A DNA stretch of 32,000 nt from Wolbachia endosymbiont strain TRS of Brugia malayi (GTDB lineage Bacteria > Pseudomonadota > Alphaproteobacteria > Rickettsiales > Anaplasmataceae): NCBI RefSeq assembly GCF_000008385.1, contig NC_006833.1, forward strand, positions 90,001 through 122,000, given 5' to 3'. Below, one piece after another: positions 1 to 8,389 of this stretch (the stretch's first letter is position 1; each line of letters opens with the position of its first letter). The notes under the pieces are model-generated. The model was not told the origin of the DNA. It did not search any database and saw only the letters and a program-made list of their open reading frames with translations. Position numbers and translations under genes: made by a program.

Positions 1-83
1 ATTTTCAGCTTTTCTCCTTCTTCTACATGCAATACAAACTTGATCTGTAGGTTTTGTCTTACAAAATATATCTTTTTCTTTAT

Positions 84-1431
84 TTAAAGTTCCTTTGTTT
101 CTTGTTTAAGGGTTTTAGTACTTTGTTTTGATAGAAATGCTTCTCTAGCAAAATCTTCGGCATTTTCGCTTGCGGTTTCAGCTTTTTTTGTAAAATTCAC
201 TACTTTATCGTGTAGTTCTGTATTCTTATCTTTAGCATTTTGAGCGAAGCTTTTAGAAACATTTCTAGCTGTCTCTGTTGCTTCTTTAGCATCCTGAATT
301 TTAATTTTCGTTTGATTCATCTCACTCAAAAACTGATCAGCCACTTCAGCACCTAATTCCATCTTCTTCCTTTGGACTTTGATAGACATAACCTGGTTCA
401 CCTTTAGGACCAGCTGGACCTGGATAACCTGTGAACCAGAAAGTCCACTTGGTCTACATCTAGCCGTAAAGTATCAACCATATTTCCCAAAGGGTTTAAC
501 TCACTTTCTAGTCTTTCAACCCTTTCTTCAAACCTATAAGTTCTCTCAGTTTCACATCAACCTCTAAAAAGTTACCGAAATTTTCTAAGTTATAATAATA
601 AGGATATAAACTTGAGTTATTACCAGAGTTATATTTTACAAAATTGAGTTTTAAATCATAAAAGTTTTTACATTCACCATTTTCACTTGATATGCAGCCA
701 ACGTAGTTATTACCTGGCTTTTCCATTGCAAAATTACTATCTTTTTCTTCCAAGCTCTCTATTTTATGAGAAGGGAATAGTTTGAAGTTACCATCTCTCC
801 TGTCGAATGTTGGGACAGCATTGTTCAGTATATCAATCTTATGCCAATATAATCATGTATTTCAACGTTCTTATAAGCTTTGTATACAAATTGCGATTCT
901 TTAAAAAAGTTCTCTCCAATTCGTACCTCAAGTCTATTATTAGGCAAAAATTTAAGATTTTTAAAAATAGAGCTTATATTTTCACTACTCGTTATATTGT
1001 TTGAATCTATTAAAATCTTACTGTTTTCCAGTAATTCGTAGGAACATTACACCTTTCATGATCGAATATATAAACATATTAACTATTTATCTATTTTCAG
1101 ATATACGACCAATAGTAGCTATATTATTAAGAGATTATACCATTACAACTTTCATTATAGTAATAATAGTAAGGTTCATCTGAGCTAGTAACTAAAGCTA
1201 ACTTATTATTATTTTTTATTGTTTTTAGCTTTAGTTGTAGCCCTTGAGAAAATGATTCAGTACCTTATGTACCCCGCGACTATAGTCAATCATAATAAAA
1301 CGCTGATCTGTAAGCTCACCGATAGTAACATAAGATACAGTAGGAAAACTAAGTGTCGTTTTACTATTTACTCTTACTTTAGTAGTTATCACATAACAAT
1401 TTGCGTTACTGCAGACATTACCTTGGAGCAT
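84..1431 (-). pseudogene. Degraded tail-fibre-like gene with a collagen-like Gly-X-Y segment, broken by many frameshifts and stops
   Basis: A chain of short minus-strand ORFs (84-401, 508-753, 1231-1431) reads on into one another after frame changes. Minus-strand translation of 388-452 gives GLSGSQ/GYPGPAGPKGEPG, a Gly-X-Y repeat interrupted by a 1-nt shift. It is flanked by coiled-coil text (RFEERVERLESELNPLGNMVDTLRLDVDQVD) and a Lys/Glu/Ala-rich C-terminus. This architecture is typical of phage tail-fibre or collagen-triple-helix proteins. No homology search was possible. Confidence 0.45.
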
Positions 1432-1574
1432 CTTCTTTTTCTAATTCAAAACGCACTTTTACCTCCTTCCACGTTCTATATTTTAGATGTAGTTAATTTA
1501 CAAATACTAATTATTTGTTGATAATGATGTATAGCTATAGTTACGAGATTGTGGATAATACTATAACACTTAAA

Positions 1575-2753
1575 ATGAGTTATATTATTAACGCATATAG
1601 CAGACTTGAAACCCCTATGGTTAGAGGGGAAGGAGTATATCTTTTTGATAGAGACGGTAAGAAATATTTAGATTTTGCTGCGGGTATTTCTACAACCTCT
1701 TTAGGACACTGCCATCCGTACATTGCAGACAAGCTAGAAGAGCAATTGGGTTAATTGTGACACTGCTCTAATATTTTCACTATTCCTAAGCAAGAAAAGC
1801 TTGCTGAGTGTTTAGCAGCACTTACTTTTGCAGACAAAGTTTTTTTTTACTCAAGTGGGCTTGAAGCAACAGAAGCCGCAATTAAATTTATTCGCCATTA
1901 TTTTTATTCAAAGGGACAAGAAAAGCGTAATCTTATCATTACAATCGAAGGAGGGTTTCATGGTCGCAGTATTGCTGCGATTTCTGCTGGGGGAAATAAA
2001 AAATCACGCGAAGGTTTCGCTCCGCTTCTTTCTGGCTTTGATAAAGTGCCAAGGAATGACGTCAGAACACTAGAGGGAAAAATCAGCAATGAAACAGCTG
2101 CTGTGTTTTTAGAGCCCATACAAAGCAAAGGTGGAGTGTATACACTTGATGTAAGGTATCTTCAAAAAGTAAGAGAAATAACAAAAGCTCAAGAAATAAT
2201 TCTATGCTTTGATGAAGTGCAATGTGGATATGGACGTATCGGTTCTTTATTTCATTATCAAAATATAAAATTTGAACCTGACATGTTAACTTGTACAAAG
2301 GCTATGGGTAATGGGTTTCCTCTAGCTGCATGTTTAGTAGAAGATTATATAGCGGAGGCGATTACTCCAGGAACACATGGATCAACATATGGTGGTAATC
2401 CACTTGCTATGACTGTTGGTAATGCAGTGCTCAATATAATGCTGGGAAAAAGCTTTTTTAATCATGTTTAAGAAATTAGTAAATATCTAAAAGAAAAACT
2501 GTTGCTTTTAGCTGAAGAGTTTTCAAAGATAATTTCCGAAGTTCGTGGAAAAGGTTTGTTAGCAGGAATAGAACTTAAGGACCCTTTGGCTGATAAAATT
2601 GTCAGTCGATCTCTTGATCAAGGTTTAACAATGACTAAAGTTTTGAATGATAGGGTAATAAAAATAACCCCTCCACTTATCGTTGAGGATAAACATATGG
2701 ACGCAGCATATGATATACTCTATAATTTATTTTTTAAGATTAAAGCTATATAA
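1575..2753 (+). pseudogene. argD: Acetylornithine / succinyl-diaminopimelate aminotransferase (class III PLP aminotransferase) with three in-frame stop codons
   Basis: One reading frame carries the whole family signature: RGEGVYLFDRDGKKYLDFAAGISTTSLGHCHP, YSSGLEATEAAIKF, GGFHGRS, AAVFLEPIQSKGGV, LCFDEVQCGYGRIGSLF, TCTKAMGNGFPLAA (PLP lysine), HGSTYGGNPLA and VRGKGLLAGIEL. The frame is interrupted only by TAA 1752-1754, TGA 1758-1760 (at the expected Trp of LWH) and TAA 2469-2471. No frameshift is needed. Confidence 0.85.
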
Positions 2754-2859
2754 GCATTTTAAACATATAAAATCCACCATATAAAACTTCAAACTTGCAA
2801 ATGCTTCTTGTAATATATAAAATTAGCTCTGTTTTTAGTCTCAATAACATCATACTTTA

Positions 2860-4146
2860 ATGGATTGGTTATTGGTTTCAATATTATCGATAATTTTTGT
2901 TTTGTTGATTTTATCGTTTTTATTTTCAGGAGCAGAAATAGGTTTAACCTCTGTTAGTCGTTCTCGAGTCAATAAGCTAAAACTAGACGGCAATAAAAGG
3001 GCCAAGATAATAGACCACTTATTAAATAAAAAAGAATTAACAATAGGGACAATATTACTTGGGAATACGATTATTAATATTACTTGTTCCGTTTTATTTA
3101 CAGCAATATTTATAAATCTCTTTGGAAATGAAAGTGTTTTTCTATCAACAATTGTAATGACGTTTTGTATCTTACTGTTCTGTGAGGTGCTACCAAAAAC
3201 TTATGCTATGCAAAATCCTGAAAAGTTTACGTCATTCTCTGCTTATTTTGTACTGTTTTTTGTCAAGATTTTTTCCCCATTGACGTTAGGCATTCAGTTT
3301 ATTGTTAATTTCATTTTAAAATTATGTGGGTTTCATAAAAACAGGGAGGCAATATCTGCAGCGGATGCAATGCGTAACATGATTGCCCTTCACCGCAGTG
3401 AAGGAACAATGTTACAACAAGATTTGGATATGTTAAGCAGCATACTTGATTTAGCTGAGACAGAAATATCAGAAATTATGACCCATAGGAGAAACCTATT
3501 TTCTCTTGATATAGATCGAAATAAAGAAGAATTAATAAAAGAAATTTTAACCAGCAGTCATAGTAGAGTGCCTTTATGGCAAAAGGAACTAGATAACATT
3601 GTCGGAGTAGTTCATGTGAAAAATCTAATAAATGCCTTGCGTGAAAAGGATAATAAAATAGAGGAGGTTGACATTGCCCAAGTTATGTCAAAACCTTGTT
3701 TCTTACCGGAAAGTACACCGCTCAGTGTACAACTTCATAACTTCCGTAAAAATAGGAAACACCTTGCATTTGTTATTGATGAGTATGGAGCGCTGCAAGG
3801 AATTGTAACCCTTGAAGATATACTGGAAGAAATAGTTGGAGAAATTTCCGATGAACATGACCTGATCACGGAGAATTTTATAAAGAAGATGTCTGATAAT
3901 GTGTATCACATAGAAGGGAAATCTACTATTAGGGATATTAACAGACAGTTACACTGGGATCTTCCTGACGAAGAAGCTACAACTTTGGCTGGTATGATTG
4001 TAAATGAGATAGAGCGTATTCCTGACGAGGGCGAGGAATTTTCCATGTTTGGTTTTTACTTTAGGATTTTAAAAAAAGATAAAAATATTATTACTGTCAT
4101 TGAAGTACAAGTAAAAACTGATAATACTGTAACAGCAATTGATTAA
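2860..4146 (+). CDS. tlyC: Hemolysin C-like / CorC-family membrane protein (DUF21 TM domain, CBS pair, CorC_HlyC)
   Basis: 428 aa. The N-terminus has about four TM helices with the DUF21-type opening (FSGAEIGLTSVSRSRV). A CBS pair region follows (IMTHRRNLFSLD...VPLW...VGVVHVKNL; FVIDEYGALQGIVTLEDILEEIVGEI), then a CorC_HlyC-like C-terminus. This is the Rickettsia TlyC family architecture. Confidence 0.85.
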   Translation: MDWLLVSILSIIFVLLILSFLFSGAEIGLTSVSRSRVNKLKLDGNKRAKIIDHLLNKKELTIGTILLGNTIINITCSVLFTAIFINLFGNESVFLSTIVMTFCILLFCEVLPKTYAMQNPEKFTSFSAYFVLFFVKIFSPLTLGIQFIVNFILKLCGFHKNREAISAADAMRNMIALHRSEGTMLQQDLDMLSSILDLAETEISEIMTHRRNLFSLDIDRNKEELIKEILTSSHSRVPLWQKELDNIVGVVHVKNLINALREKDNKIEEVDIAQVMSKPCFLPESTPLSVQLHNFRKNRKHLAFVIDEYGALQGIVTLEDILEEIVGEISDEHDLITENFIKKMSDNVYHIEGKSTIRDINRQLHWDLPDEEATTLAGMIVNEIERIPDEGEEFSMFGFYFRILKKDKNIITVIEVQVKTDNTVTAID

Positions 4147-4155
4147 TTGGATTTT

Positions 4156-4413
4156 ATGGGAGACGCAGTAAAAGTAATAGCTGAGGAGTTAAAGGGTTAT
4201 ATAGAGAGGATTGAAAAACTTGAACAAGAAAAGAAGAATGTGCAAGATCAGATTCATGATGTATATGCAAAAGCCGCAGATAAAGGTTGGAATATAAAAG
4301 TGATGAAACAAATTATTAGGCTGAGAAAAATGGAAGATGGTGACAGAGCAGAACAAGAAATATTGCTTAATACTTATAAACGTGCATTGGGAATGAGTTG
4401 CGAAGAAAACTAA
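4156..4413 (+). CDS. gapR: DUF2312/UPF0335 GapR-like nucleoid-associated protein
   Basis: The sequence ELKGYIERIEKLEQEKKNVQDQIHDVYAKAADKGWNIKVMKQIIRLRKMEDGDRAEQEILLNTYKRALGM follows the conserved alphaproteobacterial GapR pattern (IERIERLEEEK..I..VYAEAK..GFD.K.....IR.RK). The ORF track begins at TTG 4147; ATG 4156 is the more likely start. Confidence 0.8.
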   Translation: MGDAVKVIAEELKGYIERIEKLEQEKKNVQDQIHDVYAKAADKGWNIKVMKQIIRLRKMEDGDRAEQEILLNTYKRALGMSCEEN

Positions 4414-4977
4414 GTGAATAACAGAATTGTAATTGGAATAAGTGGAGCATCTGGTTCTATTTATGGTATGCATATTTTGAAGGCACTAAAAGGTGCTGAT
4501 TGCGAAACTCATTTAGTAATAAGCCGTGCTGGAAAAACAACTATAGCTCATGAAATTACAGAAAGACTTGAAGATATTACATCACTTGCAGATTTTTACT
4601 ATTCTGAAGAAAAAATAGGAGAAAAAATAGCAAGTGGCTCATTTAAGACTTCAGGGATGATTGTTGCTCCATGTTCTATGAAAACAATGTCCGAAATTGC
4701 ATCAGGTGTTACTTCCAATCTGTTAACAAGAGCTGCAGATGTAACGCTAAAGGAAAGAAGAAAATTAGTTCTCATAGTGCGAGAGTCACCGCTACACCTT
4801 GGTCATTTACAAAACATGCTGAAATTAACGGAGATGGGAGCAATAATTGCTCCACCAATGCCTGCTTTCTATACTAAACCAAAATCATTGGAGGATATTA
4901 TAAGTCACTCTATTAGCAAAGTATTGAGTTTGTTTGATATCAAATTACCTGACTTCAAAGAATGGCAAGGAGTATAG
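4414..4977 (+). CDS. ubiX: Flavin prenyltransferase UbiX (3-octaprenyl-4-hydroxybenzoate carboxy-lyase partner)
   Basis: 187 aa. It has the N-terminal RIVIGISGASGSIYG flavoprotein motif, plus MIVAPCSMKT and the LLTRAADVTLKERRKLVL motifs typical of UbiX/Pad1. GTG start. Confidence 0.88.
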   Translation: MNNRIVIGISGASGSIYGMHILKALKGADCETHLVISRAGKTTIAHEITERLEDITSLADFYYSEEKIGEKIASGSFKTSGMIVAPCSMKTMSEIASGVTSNLLTRAADVTLKERRKLVLIVRESPLHLGHLQNMLKLTEMGAIIAPPMPAFYTKPKSLEDIISHSISKVLSLFDIKLPDFKEWQGV

Positions 4978-4980
4978 CAA

Positions 4981-5868
4981 GTGACAATTATCATTGACGG
5001 TAAAAAAATAGCAAGTGGCCTGTGTGAGAAGTTATCGCAAAGAATTGATGTTTTAAAAAGAGAGCACAGCATTTTTCCTTGCCTTAAAGTAATTTTCGTG
5101 GGCAACAATCCAGCAAGTCAGGTTTATGTTCGTAATAAACAAAAAAAAGCAGAATCAATAGGTATAAGTTCTGAGACTATTGTCTTGCCTGATAATATTT
5201 TGGAAAATGAATTAATTGAAAAAATTAATGAATTAAATAATGATCGATTTGTAAATGGCATTTTAGTACAGCTACCTTTACCAAATCACATTAATGCAAG
5301 CAAAGTGATTAACACAGTAAGTGTTGAAAAAGACGTAGATGCCTTTCATCGTGAAAACGTTGGTAAATTAGTTAAAGGTGAAAAAAATTGCCTTGTACCT
5401 TGCACTCCTAAAGGTGCTTTACATTTAATTAAGTTGGTTGAAACTAATCTTTCAGGTAAAAATGCAGTGGTGATTGGCAGATCAAACATCGTGGGTAAGC
5501 CAATGTTTCATCTATTGTTGCAAGAAAACTGCACTGTTACCATCTTGCACTCACAGAGTAAAGATTTAGCTGAATATTGCTCTAAAGCGGATGTAGTAGT
5601 TACAGCAGTTGGAAAGCCAAATTTTGTCCAAGAAGGCTGGATAAAGGAAGGAGCAATAGTGATTGACGTTGGCATAAATAGTGTAAGTATAGAGGGAAAG
5701 ACAAAACTTATAGGTGATGTTGACTTTGATAGAGTGAAAGAAAAAACCAAAGCTATTACACCAGTACCCGGGGGCGTTGGCCCGATGACCATTGCATTCT
5801 TGATGATAAATACTGTTATTGCTGCTTGCTTGCAGAAGAAAGTTGATGCTTCTGATTTTGTAAGCTAA
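4981..5868 (+). CDS. folD: Bifunctional methylenetetrahydrofolate dehydrogenase / methenyl-THF cyclohydrolase
   Basis: 295 aa. Motifs: [63 protein letters not shown]. This is canonical FolD. Confidence 0.93.
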   Translation: MTIIIDGKKIASGLCEKLSQRIDVLKREHSIFPCLKVIFVGNNPASQVYVRNKQKKAESIGISSETIVLPDNILENELIEKINELNNDRFVNGILVQLPLPNHINASKVINTVSVEKDVDAFHRENVGKLVKGEKNCLVPCTPKGALHLIKLVETNLSGKNAVVIGRSNIVGKPMFHLLLQENCTVTILHSQSKDLAEYCSKADVVVTAVGKPNFVQEGWIKEGAIVIDVGINSVSIEGKTKLIGDVDFDRVKEKTKAITPVPGGVGPMTIAFLMINTVIAACLQKKVDASDFVS

Positions 5869-5915
5869 GGTCTATAGTTACAATAATGTGATTAGGTGGG
5901 ATTAAAGTTATTGAG

Positions 5916-6713
5916 ATGATGGGGCTGAAAGCATGGTTAATAACAACTTTTCTTTTGCTATACCCGAGCGCAACTTTCTGCGATGATTGTAATTTTAATT
6001 TACCATACCGTGGACTCAGTTGTAATTTGGATCTATCACATAAAAATTTAAGTAATATAAAAAAATTGCTAAATAACAGTGACAAGTTTGTCGCGCTTAC
6101 ATTTGATGATGGGCCATCTAGCAATAGAGTGAATAATATTATTAATATTTTAGAGAACTATAAAGCAAAAGCAACATTTTTTCTTCTTGGTGAACGCATA
6201 AATAAAAAAACATCTGAGATAGTAAAGAAAATCTATAATGCTGGTCATGAGCTAGGCAATCACTCCTGGTCACATAAGAAATTGACATCACTCTCAAGTG
6301 AGAAACAATTGCAAGAACTGGAAAAGACAAATATGGTAATTAAAAATGCAATAGAACGGGATGTGAAATGGTTTCGTTCACCTTATGGATGTCATGACGA
6401 TAATCTAATCAAAAATACTAATCAATTGAACATGTGTTCAATATTATGGACGGTTGATTCTCTGGATTGGCAGGGCGATAAACCAGAGATCTTAGTTGAT
6501 AGGGTTGTGGGTAACGTACATAATGGAGCAATCATACTGTTCCATGATCACGATAATAAATCAAATACAGTTGAGGCTTTGCCTCAGATTATTAAAATAC
6601 TAAAAAAATTGGGTTATGAATTTGTTACCTTAAGTGAATGGGAGGAAAGAGTTTGTAAAGCTAAAGGTGTATCAATGGGAGAGGGTGTATTTAAAAAAAT
6701 TTTATGTGGATAA
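5916..6713 (+). CDS. Secreted polysaccharide (peptidoglycan-type) deacetylase with a NodB homology domain
   Basis: 265 aa with an N-terminal signal-like hydrophobic segment. All five NodB motifs are visible: TFDDGP, HSWSH, RSPYG, DSLDW, ILFHD. It overlaps the mrdA start by 10 nt. Confidence 0.85.
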   Translation: MMGLKAWLITTFLLLYPSATFCDDCNFNLPYRGLSCNLDLSHKNLSNIKKLLNNSDKFVALTFDDGPSSNRVNNIINILENYKAKATFFLLGERINKKTSEIVKKIYNAGHELGNHSWSHKKLTSLSSEKQLQELEKTNMVIKNAIERDVKWFRSPYGCHDDNLIKNTNQLNMCSILWTVDSLDWQGDKPEILVDRVVGNVHNGAIILFHDHDNKSNTVEALPQIIKILKKLGYEFVTLSEWEERVCKAKGVSMGEGVFKKILCG

Positions 6714-8269
6714 AAAACAAAGTCTTTAATCGTAGGGCATTTATATTAGGCGGTATTCAGCTTACCATTTCCACAATTTTTAGTTGTAGGTTATATAGTT
6801 TACAAATACGAAACAGACAAAAATACGAAAAGCTGGCTGACAATAACAGGATACGAGTTGCTGCTATTATGCCTAAGCGTGGCAGAATTTTAGATAGGAA
6901 TGGCATTGAACTTGCAGTAGACAAAATTTCGTACATTGTTTTGTTCGATAAGCAAAAAATTTCTAGTGAAGAAGTTGATTGGGAAACATTATCAGAAATT
7001 GAATCTAATGTAACAAAATCGTCAGAAACAAAAATAACCGCTCTTTATAAACGTCACTATCCGTTCGGTTCAATATGTTCTCATACACTAGGATATACGA
7101 AAAAACAGCAAGGCATAAACGAAGCAGGAATCAGTGGTATTGAATATACATATGATCATATATTGAAAGGCAAGCCAGGGAGATCTGAGCAGGAAATAAA
7201 TTCTAAAAAACGCATCGTGAGAGAATTATCAAGCATACCACAACAGGACGGACAAGATGTACAGCTAACAATTGATATTGATCTGCAAGAGAAAATTGCA
7301 GAGATATTTAAAGGTCACAAAGGTTCTGTAACGGCGATTGATGTAGGTAACGGAGAAATTTTAACATTATATAATTCACCTTCTTACGATAATAACCTTT
7401 TTGCTAACAAACTATCAAATGAGGCTTGGGAAGGTTTAAATACTCCTTCATTACCACTTGTAAATCGTGCATTATCGTATCAAATTCCACCTGGTTCGAT
7501 ATTTAAAATAATAGTTGCACTTGCGGGTCTAAAGGATGGAATAATCACTCCAGAAGAGAAATTTTCATGTGTAGGCTATATGAAAATAGGTGAGCGGAGG
7601 TTTTGTTGCTTGAAAAGCAAAGTCCATGGATATGTATCTTTAAATGAAGCAATGGCTTTATCATGTAACACTTACTTTTATAATATAGGAAAAAAAATAA
7701 GTGTAGACTCTCTAGTAGAAATGGCAAGAAAATTTGGTATCGGAAGTGGGCCACTAATTGGAGCATTTAAAGAAGAAGCTCCAGGATTGTTGCCTGATAA
7801 AGATTGGCGTACACGAAAGCTATATTCGGAGTGGTATTTAGGTGACACTGTCAACTTAGTTATAGGGCAAGGGTATGTGCTTACAACACCACTGCAGCTT
7901 GCAGTTCTTGCGGCAAGAATTGCAACAGGAAAGGAGGTGATTCCCCGCATTGAAATGAGTAAAACGATGCAAGATTTTCCTGATATTGATATAGCTCATG
8001 AGCATCTCAGTATAGTTCGAAAAGCTATGTTTAACATGGTGAATATTAAAGCTGGAACCTATAGAAAAGGGCTAAGCAGTATACGAATTGCCGGCAAAAC
8101 CGGTACACCAGAGATAAACTCTAAGGGTGAAAGTCATAAATTATTCATCGCTTATGGCCCTTACCATGACCCGCGCTATGCAATCTCTGTATTCATAGAG
8201 TACGGCAAAGCCCCACGCCAAGATGTTGCTATGGCCAATGAAATATTGCGGTATATGCTTAAAGGGTGA
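6704..8269 (+). CDS. mrdA: Penicillin-binding protein 2 (elongation-specific D,D-transpeptidase)
   Basis: 521 aa. It has an N-terminal TM anchor, a dimerisation-domain-like region, and the transpeptidase triad SIFK (SxxK), SCN (SxN) and KTGT. Confidence 0.9.
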   Translation: MWIKNKVFNRRAFILGGIQLTISTIFSCRLYSLQIRNRQKYEKLADNNRIRVAAIMPKRGRILDRNGIELAVDKISYIVLFDKQKISSEEVDWETLSEIESNVTKSSETKITALYKRHYPFGSICSHTLGYTKKQQGINEAGISGIEYTYDHILKGKPGRSEQEINSKKRIVRELSSIPQQDGQDVQLTIDIDLQEKIAEIFKGHKGSVTAIDVGNGEILTLYNSPSYDNNLFANKLSNEAWEGLNTPSLPLVNRALSYQIPPGSIFKIIVALAGLKDGIITPEEKFSCVGYMKIGERRFCCLKSKVHGYVSLNEAMALSCNTYFYNIGKKISVDSLVEMARKFGIGSGPLIGAFKEEAPGLLPDKDWRTRKLYSEWYLGDTVNLVIGQGYVLTTPLQLAVLAARIATGKEVIPRIEMSKTMQDFPDIDIAHEHLSIVRKAMFNMVNIKAGTYRKGLSSIRIAGKTGTPEINSKGESHKLFIAYGPYHDPRYAISVFIEYGKAPRQDVAMANEILRYMLKG

Positions 8270-8333
8270 ATATTGTATGGGCTATTGCTGGTCATATATT
8301 ATCTTACACGAATGTTAATTTATCTATAAATTG

Positions 8334-8361
8334 TTGACAATCATTGATAATTTACTATTAT
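8334..8361 (+). promoter_or_regulatory. Candidate sigma70-type promoter for the 8390 gene
   Basis: A perfect -35 TTGACA lies at 8334-8339. After a 16-nt spacer, TATTAT lies at 8356-8361. An AGGA Shine-Dalgarno at 8381-8384 precedes ATG 8390. Matches to the -10 hexamer are common in AT-rich DNA, so this call is tentative. Confidence 0.4.
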
Positions 8362-8389
8362 TAATGCTATATTAATAGTGAGGAAAAAA

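Noticed and set aside
1758-1760. TGA at the conserved Trp position of argD as evidence for UGA=Trp recoding
   Set aside because: TGA terminates mrdA (8267-8269) and proS (10942-10944) at their expected C-termini. The genome therefore uses the standard code, and a TGG to TGA nonsense mutation is the simpler reading.
5508-5792. Antisense ORFs inside well-supported genes: 5508-5792, 7678-7950, 8589-8942, 18517-18807, 19022-19375, 29617-29907, 31376-31639, 4189-4473
   Set aside because: Each lies wholly within a confidently identified CDS on the other strand. Each has low-complexity or unfamiliar sequence. They are typical shadow ORFs.
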